From sequence record SRR20825019_2778: a stretch of DNA of 51,950 nt; one strand, given 5' to 3'. Shown piece by piece: positions 39,166-50,911 of the stretch. Position numbers and translations under genes: made by a program. Every line of letters starts with the position of its first letter. Within the stretch, counting starts at the first letter, position 1. A model generated the notes under the pieces. That model did no database searches and had not been told where the DNA came from. It saw only the letters and a program-made list of their open reading frames with translations.

Positions 39166-40459
39166 TATAAAACAGTTGGATGCTTCACAGGCTGATTTCT
39201 GGCCACAGTTGGAAACCCTGCTGGCCTGGGAAGGCGTATCTGATGACAAAGTGACAACGATTGTCAGGGAAATTCTGGCAGCGGTTAAGCAAAATGGTGA
39301 TTCGGCAGTGATTGAATACAGCCGCCGTTTTGACAGGGTGAAAGCTCAGGCTATGGCTGATCTGGAAATCTCTCTGGACCGTGCCAAGGCAGCGCTGGAA
39401 AACATTCCTCAGGCGCAGCGTGATGCGCTGGAAGCTGCAGCGGATAGAGTCAGACAATATCATGAGCACCAGAAGCAGGCATCGTGGAGCTATACCGAAG
39501 CTGACGGCACCGTACTGGGACAACAGGTCAGCCCATTGGACCGCGCGGGTCTTTATGTTCCCGGCGGTAAGGCTGCCTATCCGTCTTCCGTATTGATGAA
39601 CGCGATTCCGGCGAAAGTAGCTGGTGTAAGCGAACTCATTATGGTGGTACCGACACCGGATGATGAAGTGAATGAACTGGTACTGGCCGCCGCCGCTGTC
39701 GCCGGTGTCGATCGCATTTTTGCCATTGGTGGCGCGCAGGCGGTAGCGGCCCTGGCTTACGGCACTGAGACCATTCCTCAGGTCGACAAGATCGTCGGCC
39801 CGGGCAATATTTTTGTCGCTACCGCCAAGGGTATGGTGTTCGGCACGGTCGGTATCGATATGATTGCCGGTCCATCAGAAATTCTGGTGATTTGTGATGG
39901 CAAGACTGATCCCGACTGGATCGCGATGGACCTGTTCTCCCAGGCTGAACATGATGAAGACGCGCAATCGATTCTGATTTCGCCGAATGCTGATTTCCTG
40001 GTGAAGGTCAAAGAGTCGATTGAACGTCTGCTGCCCACCATGGAACGCAAAGAGATTATTACCACTTCACTGCAGAATCGAGCCGCGCTGATTCATGTCG
40101 ATGGTATGGATAAGGCCATAGAAGTCGCTAATTTCATTGCTCCCGAACATCTGGAGTTATCGGTAGATGAACCGATGGAAATGGCCAAGAAAATCCGCCA
40201 TGCCGGTGCGATTTTCCTGGGTCGCTATACGCCTGAAGCTTTGGGTGACTACTGCGCAGGCCCCAACCATGTGTTGCCGACCTCACGGACCGCGCGTTTC
40301 AGTTCGCCACTGGGTGTTTATGACTTTCAGAAGCGTTCGAGCCTGATTCAGGTTTCGGAAGCTGCCGCACAGAGTCTGGGTAAAGTCGCCTCGGTACTGG
40401 CTCGTGGCGAGAGCCTGACCGCACATGCGCGCAGTGCTGAATATCGTCTGAAGGATTAA
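39158..40459 (+). CDS. hisD: Histidinol dehydrogenase
   Basis: [45 protein letters not shown]. Confidence 0.98.
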   Translation: MVDIKQLDASQADFWPQLETLLAWEGVSDDKVTTIVREILAAVKQNGDSAVIEYSRRFDRVKAQAMADLEISLDRAKAALENIPQAQRDALEAAADRVRQYHEHQKQASWSYTEADGTVLGQQVSPLDRAGLYVPGGKAAYPSSVLMNAIPAKVAGVSELIMVVPTPDDEVNELVLAAAAVAGVDRIFAIGGAQAVAALAYGTETIPQVDKIVGPGNIFVATAKGMVFGTVGIDMIAGPSEILVICDGKTDPDWIAMDLFSQAEHDEDAQSILISPNADFLVKVKESIERLLPTMERKEIITTSLQNRAALIHVDGMDKAIEVANFIAPEHLELSVDEPMEMAKKIRHAGAIFLGRYTPEALGDYCAGPNHVLPTSRTARFSSPLGVYDFQKRSSLIQVSEAAAQSLGKVASVLARGESLTAHARSAEYRLKD

Positions 40460-40461
40460 AC

Positions 40462-41517
40462 ATGAGTCGCTACTGGAGCGCCTTTGTTCACAATCTGCAG
40501 CCCTATGTCCCGGGTGAACAGCCGAAGATGGCCAATCTGGTCAAGCTGAATACCAATGAGAATCCCTATGGACCCTCACCAAAGGTATTAGAGGCGATTC
40601 AACTGGGCGTCAGTGATCGTTTGCGTCTCTATCCCGATCCGACTTCGCGTGAGCTGAAGCAAACGATTGCTGACTATTACAAGGTCAATACGGCCAATGT
40701 ATTTATCGGTAATGGTTCTGATGAGGTGCTGGGCCATATTTTTCATGCCTTGTTTCAGCATGAACCACCCTTACTGTTTCCGGATATCACTTATAGCTTT
40801 TATCCGGTCTATTGCCAGCTTTATAAGATCGATTATCAGACTATTCCACTGACCGCGGATTTTCAGATTCACATCGATGATTACCTGCGTGATAACGGCG
40901 GTATTATTTTCCCCAATCCCAACGCGCCCACCGGTTGTCTGTTAAGTGTGGCAGAGATTGAGCGGCTGCTACAGAACAATCAGGACTCGGTTGTCGTGGT
41001 GGATGAAGCCTATATCGATTTTGGTGGTGAAACGGCGATTCCACTGACGCAACAATATCCTAACCTGCTGGTCACTCAGACTTTGTCAAAATCACGTTCA
41101 CTGGCCGGCATGCGGATTGGTTTTGCGGTCGGTCATGCCGATTTGATTGAAGCGTTGGTACGGGTCAAGGATAGCTTTAATTCCTACCCGCTGGACAGCC
41201 TGGCTGAAGTCGCGGGCGTCGCTGCATTCCGTGACCGCACCTACTTCAAAGAGACCTGTGACAAGGTAATCCAGAGTCGTGACAAAGTCACTCTGGGACT
41301 GCAGGAACTGGGCTTCGAGGTACTGCCTTCAGCAGCCAATTTTGTGTTTGCCCGACACCCTGAGCATGATGCCGCTGATCTGGCTGCCGGCCTCCGTAAG
41401 GAAGGTATCATTGTCCGTCACTTCAGTAAGCGCCGGATTGACCAGTTTTTGCGAATCACCATCGGCACAGCGAGCGAGAACCAGCACCTGCTGTCAGTGA
41501 TTGATACGCTGGTTTAG
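40462..41517 (+). CDS. hisC: Histidinol-phosphate aminotransferase
   Basis: [43 protein letters not shown]. Confidence 0.97.
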   Translation: MSRYWSAFVHNLQPYVPGEQPKMANLVKLNTNENPYGPSPKVLEAIQLGVSDRLRLYPDPTSRELKQTIADYYKVNTANVFIGNGSDEVLGHIFHALFQHEPPLLFPDITYSFYPVYCQLYKIDYQTIPLTADFQIHIDDYLRDNGGIIFPNPNAPTGCLLSVAEIERLLQNNQDSVVVVDEAYIDFGGETAIPLTQQYPNLLVTQTLSKSRSLAGMRIGFAVGHADLIEALVRVKDSFNSYPLDSLAEVAGVAAFRDRTYFKETCDKVIQSRDKVTLGLQELGFEVLPSAANFVFARHPEHDAADLAAGLRKEGIIVRHFSKRRIDQFLRITIGTASENQHLLSVIDTLV

Positions 41518-42191
41518 TCCTGCCGGGGCTGACTGCGCCGAAGTTGTCTCAAGCGCTCCAGATCCTGCTGGTACTGGACGGTTAATTCCTCTATTTCCGC
41601 CTGATACTTTTTCACGGCCTGCTTGCGCACACGGATTTCTTCCCGCGCAGCTTCCAGTCTTTTTTGCATATTGGGGGTAACCTTACCGCCGCTCAGTTCG
41701 CGCTCAGCCGCTTCTTTTTGAACTGTTTCCAGGCGTTGCTGTAATTTGGGCAGTTTTTCTGACAGCAAGTCTATCTGTTCCTGGCGATAACCAATATCTC
41801 TGTCACGAGCTGCCAGCAGGTCAGCTTCGGTGGGATAAGTCAGAAGCAGGGTACGATCATACTGATACTGTTTCTGTCGGGCTTTCTCCGCTTGCTTTGC
41901 TTCGAGTGCTTGCTGGTGCTGGCGTTCCGCTTCACGGGCCTGCTCTGCCTTTAATGCTTCTATCTCATCTTCTGTTGGTGCCGGCGCTACCCGTTCTATC
42001 AGACGCATGGTCTTGTCATCAATGATGTCATAGCCCTTCTGCGCCGCTTCCGGTGGCAGGCTGCGGCTAAGCGTCATGACGCCGTTTTCGTCGGGAAAGC
42101 GATAGAGCTGACCTGCCTGAACGCTGAAAGCGTAAAACACAAGGACAGAGATGCTGAGACAAAGGAATTTACGTATCATCATGGCCTTCAT
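41514..42191 (-). CDS. Exported coiled-coil protein with a DUF4124-like N-terminus
   Basis: Signal peptide, [10 protein letters not shown]...[11 protein letters not shown], long coiled coil; start uncertain (42191 or 42182). Confidence 0.75.
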   Translation of the reverse strand: MKAMMIRKFLCLSISVLVFYAFSVQAGQLYRFPDENGVMTLSRSLPPEAAQKGYDIIDDKTMRLIERVAPAPTEDEIEALKAEQAREAERQHQQALEAKQAEKARQKQYQYDRTLLLTYPTEADLLAARDRDIGYRQEQIDLLSEKLPKLQQRLETVQKEAAERELSGGKVTPNMQKRLEAAREEIRVRKQAVKKYQAEIEELTVQYQQDLERLRQLRRSQPRQD

Positions 42192-42213
42192 TCTAAAGCG
42201 AGTCTGCTGAAAG

Positions 42214-42969
42214 TTGAACCTGATTGAGCAATTTATCCTGTTTCTGGTGTCATTGGTAGCCAATACCTTTTCTGCCTTCAGTGGCGGAGGGGCCGGACTA
42301 TTGCAATTTCCGGTGCTGATTTTTCTGGGACTGAGCTTTGGGGTGGCTTTGGCGACTCATAAGGTCGCCAGTGTGGCATTGGGACTCGGCGCTGTGCTGC
42401 GATATCTGCGTACCAGTCATCTGGAACGGCAGTTTGTCTTGCTGATGCTCATCAGCGGTCTGCCCGGCGTAGTGCTGGGCGGTAGTTTGATTCTGCAGGT
42501 GCCGGACCGCTGGGCTGAAATCGCGTTGGGTCTGCTGACGGGTGGGCTTGGTATGTATTCGATGCTGAAAACCGATCTTGGCCAGAATTATGCTCCCGGT
42601 CACAGAGATCGTAGTGGTCTGTTACTGGGCGGACTGATGTTATTTTTCCTCGGTTTTCTGAACGGCTCCTTAACCTCGGGAACGGGCCTGTTTGTCACTA
42701 TCTGGTTGGTGATGTGGTTTGGCATGGACTATCAGCGCGCGGTGGCCTACACGCTCATTCTAGTCGGCTTGTTCTGGAATGGCGCCGGTGCTGTAACGCT
42801 GGGCATCCTCGGCGATATCCGATGGGACTGGTTGCCTGCACTGTTGCTGGGCTCGTTACTGGGCGGTTACCTGGGCTCTCATTTAGCCATCAAGCACGGT
42901 AATCGCTGGATAAAGCGGGCTTTTGAGGTGATTACGCTACTGGTATCGGTCAAACTGATACTGGGTTAA
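42214..42969 (+). CDS. TSUP (TauE/SafE) family membrane transporter
   Basis: [22 protein letters not shown]; about 8 TMs. Confidence 0.88.
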   Translation: MNLIEQFILFLVSLVANTFSAFSGGGAGLLQFPVLIFLGLSFGVALATHKVASVALGLGAVLRYLRTSHLERQFVLLMLISGLPGVVLGGSLILQVPDRWAEIALGLLTGGLGMYSMLKTDLGQNYAPGHRDRSGLLLGGLMLFFLGFLNGSLTSGTGLFVTIWLVMWFGMDYQRAVAYTLILVGLFWNGAGAVTLGILGDIRWDWLPALLLGSLLGGYLGSHLAIKHGNRWIKRAFEVITLLVSVKLILG

Positions 42970-43607
42970 ACCCCGTACTGGTCACGATAAGCTTTGACGG
43001 CCGGCAGGTGCTCACCCAACTCGGGACTGTCCTGCAGGTAACCCAGCAGATCATTAAGCGAGATAATATTGAGCACCGGAATATTGTGCTCGGCCTGCAC
43101 TTCCTGTATTGCTGACAAATCTCCCTGGCCACGCTCCTGACGGTCCAGTGCAATGACGACACCGGCCGGCTCGGCACCGGCAGCGCGAATAATATCGACC
43201 GATTCGCGCACTGAAGTACCGGCGGAAATCACATCGTCGATAATCAGCACTTTGCCCTTGAGTTCGGCACCGACAAGTTGCCCGCCTTCGCCATGATCCT
43301 TCACTTCCTTGCGGTTAAACACATAGGGCATATCACGATCATGCTGATCAGCCAGCGCCACAACAGTGGTCGACGCGAGAGGGATACCCTTGTAGGCGGG
43401 ACCAAACAACACATCAAACTCGAGCCCGGACTCGGCAATGGTTCTGGCATAGAAGCGACCCAGACGGGCGAGGCAGGCACCGCTATTGAACAGGCCACTG
43501 TTAAAGAAGTAAGGGCTTTGACGGCCCGATTTTAATGTAAATGAGCCAAACTTCAGTACCCCGGTCTGCAGAGCAAACTCAATAAATTCGCGTTGATAGT
43601 CTTTCAT
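42966..43607 (-). CDS. pyrE: Orotate phosphoribosyltransferase
   Basis: [42 protein letters not shown]. Confidence 0.98.
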   Translation of the reverse strand: MKDYQREFIEFALQTGVLKFGSFTLKSGRQSPYFFNSGLFNSGACLARLGRFYARTIAESGLEFDVLFGPAYKGIPLASTTVVALADQHDRDMPYVFNRKEVKDHGEGGQLVGAELKGKVLIIDDVISAGTSVRESVDIIRAAGAEPAGVVIALDRQERGQGDLSAIQEVQAEHNIPVLNIISLNDLLGYLQDSPELGEHLPAVKAYRDQYGV

Positions 43608-44209
43608 TAGTCGTTTTGTTGTTGCACCAGATAAACCGCAATCTGCCCGAACAGGTTGGGCAAGAGCCGGATACCGAGGCTGTCTTTATGTTCGTGATTG
43701 ACAATACTGTGATTGAGCACACCCAGATTATTCATGCTGCAGAGCTGTTCAAAATCCTGGATCGTACACAGATGAATATTGGGGGTTTCATACCAGGCAT
43801 TAGGCAGTGCTTTGGAGACCGGCATTCGGCCGCCCAGTGCCAGTTGCATGCGGCACTGCCAGTGACCGAAGTTAGGAAAACCGATAATGCCTTTCTTACC
43901 CACCCGGACAATCTCTCTGAGCAGGAAGTCCGGTCTTTTGATGGCCTGTAGTGTCTGCGACAGGATGACAAAATCAAAGCTTTGATCGGCGAACTGGGAC
44001 AAGCCTTCATCGAGGTCGGCCTGCAGCACGTTGATACCGGCGCGGATGCAGTCTGCAAACTTGCTGTTATCGATTTCAAGACCGTAGCCGGTAATATTGC
44101 GTTGCTGCAGATGATTGAGCAGGGCACCGTTACCACAGCCCAGATCCAGTATTTTGGCACCGTCCGGTATCCAGTCACTGATAATCTGCTGATCGACTCG
44201 CAAACTCAT
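43607..44209 (-). CDS. metW: Methionine biosynthesis protein MetW
   Basis: [30 protein letters not shown]; follows metX. Confidence 0.96.
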   Translation of the reverse strand: MSLRVDQQIISDWIPDGAKILDLGCGNGALLNHLQQRNITGYGLEIDNSKFADCIRAGINVLQADLDEGLSQFADQSFDFVILSQTLQAIKRPDFLLREIVRVGKKGIIGFPNFGHWQCRMQLALGGRMPVSKALPNAWYETPNIHLCTIQDFEQLCSMNNLGVLNHSIVNHEHKDSLGIRLLPNLFGQIAVYLVQQQND

Positions 44210-45354
44210 GCTGCCACCTCCGCTGCGATTTGCTGCATATAGGTACCGAAAATATCGAGATAGCGTGGAATCGGCATCAGGAAAGCATCATGGCCCTGAT
44301 GTGCTTCAATTTCGGCATAGGTGACCGGTTTGCCTGCCGCCAGCAGGGCATTGACGATTTCTCTGGAGCGGACCGGTGAGAAGCGCCAGTCGCTGGTAAA
44401 CGATATGACCAGGGATTTGGCTTCGATATTGGCCACGGTTCGGGTCAAATCGTCATCAAACTCTTTGGCCGGGTCAAAATAGTCCAGCGCTTTTGTCATC
44501 AGCAGATAGGTATTGGCATCAAAGCGCTCGACAAAGCTGGTGCTCTGGTAACGCAGGTAACTCTCAATCTGGAATTCAACATCGTAGCCGTACTGAATGG
44601 CACCACTGCGCAGTTCACGACCAAATTTCTGCCCCATGGCTTCATCGGAAAGATAGGTAATATGCCCCAGCATGCGCGCCAGTCCCAGTCCCTGCCGCGG
44701 CAGCGTATTAAACCGCATATAATCGCCGTCGTGAAAATCCGGGTCGGACTTAATCGCGGTCCGGGCTACTTCATTAAAGGCGATATTCTGTGCTGACAAC
44801 TTGGGCGCTGCCGCAATGATCACCGTATGCCTAATTCGCTCCGGCAGGCTGATGGCCCATTGCAGCGCCTGCATGCCGCCGAGACTGCCACCGATGACGG
44901 CCGCCCACTGCCCGATACCCAGCTTATCGGCCAGTACAGCCTGGCTGCGCACCCAGTCCGGTACGGTCACGATAGGGAAGTCCGGTCCGTAGCATTCACC
45001 GGTTTCAGGATTGATGGTATTAGGGCCTGTTGAGCCTTTGCAGCCGCCGAGGTTATTGGGGCAGACCACAAAAAAACGGTTGGTATCAATCGCTTTGCCG
45101 GGGCCGATCGCTGTGTCCCACCAGCCAGGTTTACGGTCGTCTATTGAGTTGTAGCCGGCAGCATGATGATCACCGGACAAGGCATGGCAAATGAGCACAG
45201 CATTGCTGTGATCAGCATTGAGCTCACCATAGGTTTCGTAGACCAGATCATAGCTGGGCAAGGTACGACCACAATCCAGTTTCAACGGTGAGTCGATATG
45301 CAGTGTGGTGGGGCTTACCAAACCAACGGAGTCGGCTGGTATCGATTCCGGCAT
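44206..45354 (-). CDS. metX: Homoserine O-acyl (acetyl/succinyl) transferase MetX
   Basis: [29 protein letters not shown]. Confidence 0.96.
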   Translation of the reverse strand: MPESIPADSVGLVSPTTLHIDSPLKLDCGRTLPSYDLVYETYGELNADHSNAVLICHALSGDHHAAGYNSIDDRKPGWWDTAIGPGKAIDTNRFFVVCPNNLGGCKGSTGPNTINPETGECYGPDFPIVTVPDWVRSQAVLADKLGIGQWAAVIGGSLGGMQALQWAISLPERIRHTVIIAAAPKLSAQNIAFNEVARTAIKSDPDFHDGDYMRFNTLPRQGLGLARMLGHITYLSDEAMGQKFGRELRSGAIQYGYDVEFQIESYLRYQSTSFVERFDANTYLLMTKALDYFDPAKEFDDDLTRTVANIEAKSLVISFTSDWRFSPVRSREIVNALLAAGKPVTYAEIEAHQGHDAFLMPIPRYLDIFGTYMQQIAAEVAA

Positions 45355-45384
45355 AAATGGTTGATTCCTGTAAAAAAAGCGATA

Positions 45385-45413
45385 AGTCTAATCAGACTGG
45401 GCGCTGAGCGCAA
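45385..45413 (-). promoter_or_regulatory. Putative sigma70 promoter for metXW-pyrE
   Basis: TTGCGC-N17-TAGACT. Confidence 0.55.
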
Positions 45414-45422
45414 TAATGACCA

Positions 45423-45989
45423 TCAAATACGACCGGTCAGTAAGGGCATGACCAGCATCGACAGTACCTGCAGACCCAGTATCACAAACAAGGGGGATAA
45501 ATCGATGCCGCCCAGTGGCGGAAGCAGTCTTCGTACCGGTCGCAGTAACGGGGCATTCATGCGCTGAACCAGTGGTGCTACCGGGTTATAACTGCCAGGT
45601 GGGGCAACCCAGCTGAGGATCACCTCAATAATGATACTGACTGTAAAAATACTGATAAACAGAGAAAAAATCTCTGCAGCAATCAAGCTCAGCCATAGCA
45701 GACCTGATGGCAAAGCACCGGCAATCAGGCCAACGATGACCAGCTTGAGTAAGGTCACGGCAATCAGCAGGACAATGGTGGCCGTATCCCAGCTGCCCAT
45801 GGCAGGCAGAAACTGGCGCAGGAATTTCACGGGTGCCTGAGTGGCTTTGATGATGAACTGTACCAACGGATTGTGATACTCCCAGTTGGCCCATTGCATC
45901 ACCAGTCGCAGCGCCACCACGACCATGTAGAGATAAAACAGTGTTTCAACAATAAAAATCAGCGGATTGGCAAAGTAACCGTTAGTCAT
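45423..45989 (-). CDS. yggT: YggT-family membrane protein
   Basis: NPLVQFIIKATQ, ILSWV, PLLRPVRRLLPPLGGIDLSP; start at ATG 45989. Confidence 0.92.
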   Translation of the reverse strand: MTNGYFANPLIFIVETLFYLYMVVVALRLVMQWANWEYHNPLVQFIIKATQAPVKFLRQFLPAMGSWDTATIVLLIAVTLLKLVIVGLIAGALPSGLLWLSLIAAEIFSLFISIFTVSIIIEVILSWVAPPGSYNPVAPLVQRMNAPLLRPVRRLLPPLGGIDLSPLFVILGLQVLSMLVMPLLTGRI

Positions 45990-46815
45990 AGTCCTGTCCC
46001 AGTTGATCAGCAAGTTCTGCGGCACGTGATGCGGCCGCACCCAGTGCTTTCTTGAAGGTACCGCGTAAATCTTCCTCTTCGAACACATTCAGTGCGCGCT
46101 CGGTGGTGCCTCCTGGCGAGGTCACTCGCTGCCGCAGCACACAGGCAGACTCATCACTTTCCAGGGCCATTTTAGCCGCGCCCAGCGCCGTTTCCAACGC
46201 CAGCAGGCGGGCGGTTTCCTCAGGCAGGCCCAAATCCATGCCGGCTGTCTGCATGGCTTCCATGACCAGGAAAAAATAAGCTGGCCCACTGCCGGATAAA
46301 GCGGTGACCGCGTCCATCTGCTGTTCGTCTTTGACCCAAAGAGCCAGACCGACAGCGCGCAGAATCGATTCTGCCAGCTCGTGCTGGGCGTTACTGACAT
46401 GATCATTGGCACATAGTGCAGTGGCACCGGCACGAACCAGAGACGGGGTATTAGGCATGGCACGAACCACAGCTGCTTCACTCTGACCGATCCACCGACT
46501 GATATCGTCAAGCCGGATACCGGCTGCGATGGAAATTAACAGCTTATTATGCTGCCAGTTTGGGGCGAGTTCACGGCAGACCTGCTGTAGTTGCTGCGGC
46601 TTAACCGCGAGGATGACAACGTCTGCATTGGCGATAGCTGCCGTATTTTCAGTGAAAGTCTGCACCGGGAAACGTGCAGATAATTGATCCAGACTCTCGG
46701 CGCTGGGGTCGGCGACATGAATTGATTGCGCCGCAAAGCCATTATTAACCAGACCGCCGATGAGGCTGCGGGCCATATTACCGCCGCCGATAAATGCTAG
46801 CGTACAGTCTTTCAT
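45982..46815 (-). CDS. proC: Pyrroline-5-carboxylate reductase
   Basis: FIGGGNMA, LAVKPQ, RAMPNTP, SGSGPAY, VTSPGGTT. Confidence 0.98.
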   Translation of the reverse strand: MKDCTLAFIGGGNMARSLIGGLVNNGFAAQSIHVADPSAESLDQLSARFPVQTFTENTAAIANADVVILAVKPQQLQQVCRELAPNWQHNKLLISIAAGIRLDDISRWIGQSEAAVVRAMPNTPSLVRAGATALCANDHVSNAQHELAESILRAVGLALWVKDEQQMDAVTALSGSGPAYFFLVMEAMQTAGMDLGLPEETARLLALETALGAAKMALESDESACVLRQRVTSPGGTTERALNVFEEEDLRGTFKKALGAAASRAAELADQLGQDYD

Positions 46816-46861
46816 TTAAACCCCTTTCTTGTTTAATTTGCCTTGGTCACCAGTGTAAAGC

Positions 46862-47560
46862 TTATTGTGCCGGACGGGTATCACGTTGACCAAACAGGGC
46901 GGTGCCGATTCTGACCATGGTGCTGCCTTCGGCTATGGCCGCATTTAAATCACCGGTCATGCCCATAGACAGGGTATCGATATCTTCGAAATGATCCTGG
47001 AGTAGGCTGAACAGCTGCTGTGCTCGCCGGAAACTTGCCCGCTGTGTCGATTCATCGCTATGTTTGGCAGGGATGACCATCAATCCGCGCAGTTTGAGTT
47101 TATCCAGTTCAGAGATGGCCTCCGCAAGTGGCATCACCTGGTCGGGAGTCACGCCCGATTTAGTCTCTTCCTCATCAATATTGACCTGGATACACAGATT
47201 TAGCGGTGGGAGATTATCCGGCCGCTGCTCATTCAGCCGACGCGCGATTTTGAGGCGATCAACACTCTGGGCCCAGTCAAAATGAGCCGCGATATCTCGG
47301 GTTTTATTGGATTGAATCGGGCCGATAAAGTGCCACTCCAAATCGAGATCGTCGAGCGCAGCGATTTTTTCCAGCGCTTCCTGCAGGTAATTTTCACCGA
47401 AACGCGGCTGACCTTCTTCGGCCATCAGTCTCAGTTTTTCAGCTGGCCAGGTTTTGCTCACAGCCAGTAATTTCACCGAGCCGGGAGTCCGTCCGGATTG
47501 TTGTTCTGCCAGCCTGATATCTTGTTCAATAGCGTGGAAACGCTTTTTTATCTCAGTCAT
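46862..47560 (-). CDS. yggS: PLP homeostasis protein YggS
   Basis: LLAVSKT, FGENYLQE, WHFIGPIQSNK, LSMGM, VRIGTALFG. Confidence 0.97.
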   Translation of the reverse strand: MTEIKKRFHAIEQDIRLAEQQSGRTPGSVKLLAVSKTWPAEKLRLMAEEGQPRFGENYLQEALEKIAALDDLDLEWHFIGPIQSNKTRDIAAHFDWAQSVDRLKIARRLNEQRPDNLPPLNLCIQVNIDEEETKSGVTPDQVMPLAEAISELDKLKLRGLMVIPAKHSDESTQRASFRRAQQLFSLLQDHFEDIDTLSMGMTGDLNAAIAEGSTMVRIGTALFGQRDTRPAQ

Positions 47561-47561
47561 C

Positions 47562-47590
47562 TTGCAAGCCCGAAGTCAGCGCGCTACTTT
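47562..47590 (+). promoter_or_regulatory. Putative sigma70 promoter for pilTU
   Basis: TTGCAA-N17-TACTTT. Confidence 0.5.
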
Positions 47591-47650
47591 ATATTCAATT
47601 GCTTAGTTATTAAAGCGCATAGATTACACCAATCAGTCAAAGGAACGTGG

Positions 47651-48688
47651 ATGGATATCACCGAATTGCTCGCCTTCAGCGTTAAGAACAAAGCGTCCGA
47701 TTTACATATCTCTGCTGGCGAACCACCAATGATCCGCGTCGATGGCGATGTGAAGCGAATCAATTTGCCGCCAATGGATCATAAAGAAGTCCACGCCATG
47801 ATGTACGACATCATGAATGATAAACAGCGAAAGGATTTTGAAGAGTTTCTGGAAGCAGACTTTTCTTTTGAAGTCCCCAATATGGCCCGCTTCCGGGTTA
47901 ATGCCTTTAACCAGAACCGGGGCGCGGCCGGCGTATTCAGGACTATCCCTTCCGAGGTGTTAACGCTGGAAGATCTGAATGCACCGGAAATCTTCAAAAC
48001 CATATCGGATAATCGCCGTGGTATCGTGCTGGTCACCGGACCGACCGGTTCCGGTAAATCAACCACCCTGGCGGCCATGGTTGATTACCGTAATGAAAAA
48101 GATAACGAGCATATTCTCACTATCGAAGATCCGATTGAGTTTGTGCATCAGAGTAAGAAATGTCTGGTTAATCAGCGTGAAGTGCACCGCGATACACTGG
48201 GTTTTAGTGAAGCCCTGCGCAGTGCGCTGCGTGAAGATCCTGACATCATTCTTGTGGGTGAGTTGCGGGATCTGGAAACTATCCGGCTGGCTCTGACTGC
48301 GGCGGAAACCGGTCACCTGGTGTTCGGTACTCTCCATACCTCGTCTGCAGCCAAAACCATCGACCGGATTATTGACGTCTTTCCGGCAGCGGAAAAAGAT
48401 ATGGTGCGTTCTATGTTGTCAGAGTCATTAAGGGCTGTTATTTCCCAGACGCTGATGAAAAAAGTCGGTGGCGGTCGTATTGCGGCGCACGAAATCATGA
48501 TTGGCACACCGGCTATCCGTAATCTGATCCGTGAAGATAAGGTACCGCAGATGTATTCAGCCATTCAGACCGGCGGTGCACTGGGTATGCAGACCCTGGA
48601 TCAATGTCTGCAGGATCTGGTTCGTCGACAGCAGGTAACCAAGCAGGAAGCCCTGCCGCGCGCTGTTAACAAAGACCTGTTCCGTTAG
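47651..48688 (+). CDS. pilT: Type IV pilus retraction ATPase PilT
   Basis: MDITELLAFSVKNKASDLH, GPTGSGKSTT, AIRNLIRE; start at ATG 47651. Confidence 0.98.
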   Translation: MDITELLAFSVKNKASDLHISAGEPPMIRVDGDVKRINLPPMDHKEVHAMMYDIMNDKQRKDFEEFLEADFSFEVPNMARFRVNAFNQNRGAAGVFRTIPSEVLTLEDLNAPEIFKTISDNRRGIVLVTGPTGSGKSTTLAAMVDYRNEKDNEHILTIEDPIEFVHQSKKCLVNQREVHRDTLGFSEALRSALREDPDIILVGELRDLETIRLALTAAETGHLVFGTLHTSSAAKTIDRIIDVFPAAEKDMVRSMLSESLRAVISQTLMKKVGGGRIAAHEIMIGTPAIRNLIREDKVPQMYSAIQTGGALGMQTLDQCLQDLVRRQQVTKQEALPRAVNKDLFR

Positions 48689-48698
48689 GAGTTTGATG

Positions 48699-49841
48699 AT
48701 GGAAATCGTCACTATTTTGAAAGCGGCCGTCAAACACGACGCCTCTGATATCTTTGTTACCGCCGGACGGCCGGTAACACTCAAGGTCAGTGGTCGAATG
48801 GCCACTCTCTCTCAGGAAACATTATCGGATGATGAGGCCAGGGATCTGGTGCTGAGCACGATGTCTGACGAGCAGAAGAAAATCTTTGAACGTGACAAGG
48901 AATGTAACTACGCGCTGGAAACCAAAGGAGCCGGCCGTTTCCGTGTCAGTGCGCTGTTTCAGCGTAACCGGGTAGCCATGGTGCTGCGCCGCATCAAGGA
49001 CGAAATTCCGAGCATTGAAGAACTGCATGTGCCGGAAATTATTAAAGAACTGGCTATGACCAAGCGCGGGCTGGTCATTTTTGTCGGTGCCACCGGCAGT
49101 GGTAAGTCGACCACCCTGGCAGCGATGATTGGTTATCGTAATCAGAATAGTACCGGTCATATCCTCAGCATCGAGGACCCGATCGAATTTGATCATAAGC
49201 ATGCCGGATGTGTTGTCACTCAGCGTGAAGTTGGGATTGATACCGATTCATATGAAATCGCGCTGAAAAACTCTTTAAGACAGGCACCGGATGTCATCAT
49301 GATCGGTGAAATCCGCGCACGCGACACGATGGATTACGGTATCGCCTTTGCTGAGACCGGTCATCTGTGTCTGTCGACATTGCACGCCAACAATGCCAAT
49401 CAGGCGATGGACCGGATTATCAACTTCTTCCCCGAGGAAAGGCACAGACAGCTGTTTCTGGATATGTCACTGAACCTGAAAGCCGTGGTCGCGCAACGCC
49501 TGATACCTAAAAAAGACGGCAGCGGCAGGACCGTCGCAGTCGAAGTGTTGCTCAATACCCCCCTAATCGGTGACCTGATCGAAAAAGGCAAAGTCTCTGA
49601 AATCAAGGACGTCATGAAGCGGTCACGGGAGTTGGGCATGCAGACTTTTGATCAAGCGGTTTACGATCTCTACAAAGCCGGCGAGATTTCATATGAGGAA
49701 GCTCTGAAGAATGCAGACTCTGCCAATGAGGTCCGGCTCATGATCAAACTGGGTGCGGAATCAGGTGAATTGCCGGAAGACGAATCGATTCAGGGACTGT
49801 CTCTTGAGACAGACGATTCAGGTATTATAGGCAGAATGTAG
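48699..49841 (+). CDS. pilU: Type IV pilus ATPase PilU
   Basis: GATGSGKSTT, LRQAPDVI, HANNANQAMDRIINFF, GMQTFDQ; AGGAG RBS. Confidence 0.96.
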   Translation: MEIVTILKAAVKHDASDIFVTAGRPVTLKVSGRMATLSQETLSDDEARDLVLSTMSDEQKKIFERDKECNYALETKGAGRFRVSALFQRNRVAMVLRRIKDEIPSIEELHVPEIIKELAMTKRGLVIFVGATGSGKSTTLAAMIGYRNQNSTGHILSIEDPIEFDHKHAGCVVTQREVGIDTDSYEIALKNSLRQAPDVIMIGEIRARDTMDYGIAFAETGHLCLSTLHANNANQAMDRIINFFPEERHRQLFLDMSLNLKAVVAQRLIPKKDGSGRTVAVEVLLNTPLIGDLIEKGKVSEIKDVMKRSRELGMQTFDQAVYDLYKAGEISYEEALKNADSANEVRLMIKLGAESGELPEDESIQGLSLETDDSGIIGRM

Positions 49842-49888
49842 CTTGTCGCTTTTTTGCGACATTAAAAAGCGAAATTCGAGAAATTAAT

Positions 49889-49917
49889 TAGACGTTACTT
49901 GAAATTGGGGCTACTAT
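49889..49917 (+). promoter_or_regulatory. Putative sigma70 promoter for the OmpA-family gene
   Basis: TAGACG-N17-TACTAT with AT-rich upstream sequence. Confidence 0.5.
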
Positions 49918-50010
49918 GTAGTCAAACTACAACAGAAGATATCAGTCGTGCACAACTGTATGGCGATATCGATTTCATTTTTTCAATCAATAAATAATAA
50001 GGAAGGCAAA

Positions 50011-50850
50011 ATGAGACTATCAGGAAAATTTTTTGCTGCCCTGTTCATGGCAGCTCTATTAGCTGGCTGTTCAGGCCCCGCCAAACGTGATGCCGGCAAA
50101 AACTTCATGTGTGCCGCTGGTGGTGCGCTTGTCGGTGGTGCTGCAACTGCTGCTGTTGATGGTGGTTCAGGTGTCGCCGGTGGTGCCGCAGTAGGCGGTA
50201 TGCTGGGGCTGTTGCTCTGTCCTCAGGAGGCTGAGGCTAAAGAGCCAATGGTTGAAGAGCCTGTCTGTGCCGTTGAACCACCACCGGGTGCGTTGCTGGA
50301 TCAAAATGGCTGTGCCTATGACACCGATGGTGATGGCGTCTATGACGGTATCGACCTGTGCCGTAACACCCCTGAAGGTGTGACTGTTGACCGTGTTGGT
50401 TGTCCGCTGGACTCTGATAACGACGCAGTCGCTGATTATCTCGATTTGTGCCCTGGTACGCCTGAAGGTGTAATCGTTGATCAGGACGGCTGTCCACTGC
50501 CAGGTGAAAACCTGCTGACCCTGACAGACGTTCACTTCGAGTTTGATAAAGCGACGCTGACTCCTGCAGCAAAAGACACACTGGAAGAAGCGGTAACCCT
50601 GCTGAAAGAAACTGACCAAATCGTTGAAGTACGCGTTGAAGGTCACACTGACAGCATCGGTACTGAAGCTTATAACCAGGACCTGTCACAACGTCGCGCG
50701 CAGTCAGTGGTTGACTACCTGACCTCACGTGGTATCGACGGTCGTTACCTGAAACCAGTGGGGCTGGGTGAAGTTGCTCCGATTGCTGACAACAGCACCG
50801 ACGCCGGTCGTGCACTCAACCGTCGTGTGGAGTTTGATGTTAATCAATAA
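50011..50850 (+). CDS. OmpA-family lipoprotein with glycine zipper and thrombospondin type-3 (DxDxDG) repeats
   Basis: Lipobox LAGC, GGALVGG, DTDGDGVYDGIDLC, DSDNDAVADYLDLC, GHTDSIG...NRRVE; start at ATG 50011. Confidence 0.92.
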   Translation: MRLSGKFFAALFMAALLAGCSGPAKRDAGKNFMCAAGGALVGGAATAAVDGGSGVAGGAAVGGMLGLLLCPQEAEAKEPMVEEPVCAVEPPPGALLDQNGCAYDTDGDGVYDGIDLCRNTPEGVTVDRVGCPLDSDNDAVADYLDLCPGTPEGVIVDQDGCPLPGENLLTLTDVHFEFDKATLTPAAKDTLEEAVTLLKETDQIVEVRVEGHTDSIGTEAYNQDLSQRRAQSVVDYLTSRGIDGRYLKPVGLGEVAPIADNSTDAGRALNRRVEFDVNQ

Positions 50851-50877
50851 TAAGTAAACAACAAGTTCACTTATGAG

Positions 50878-50906
50878 AAGGGCCCTGCTTGCAGGGCCCT
50901 TTTTTT
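50878..50906 (+). terminator. Intrinsic terminator after the OmpA-family gene
   Basis: AAGGGCCCTG-CTTG-CAGGGCCCTTTTTTT. Confidence 0.9.
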
Positions 50907-50911
50907 ATCTG

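Noticed and set aside
45385..45398. Palindrome AGTCT-AATC-AGACT upstream of metX as a MetJ box or SAM riboswitch
   Set aside because: Not tandem AGACGTCT, leader too short for a riboswitch, and one arm is the -10 element
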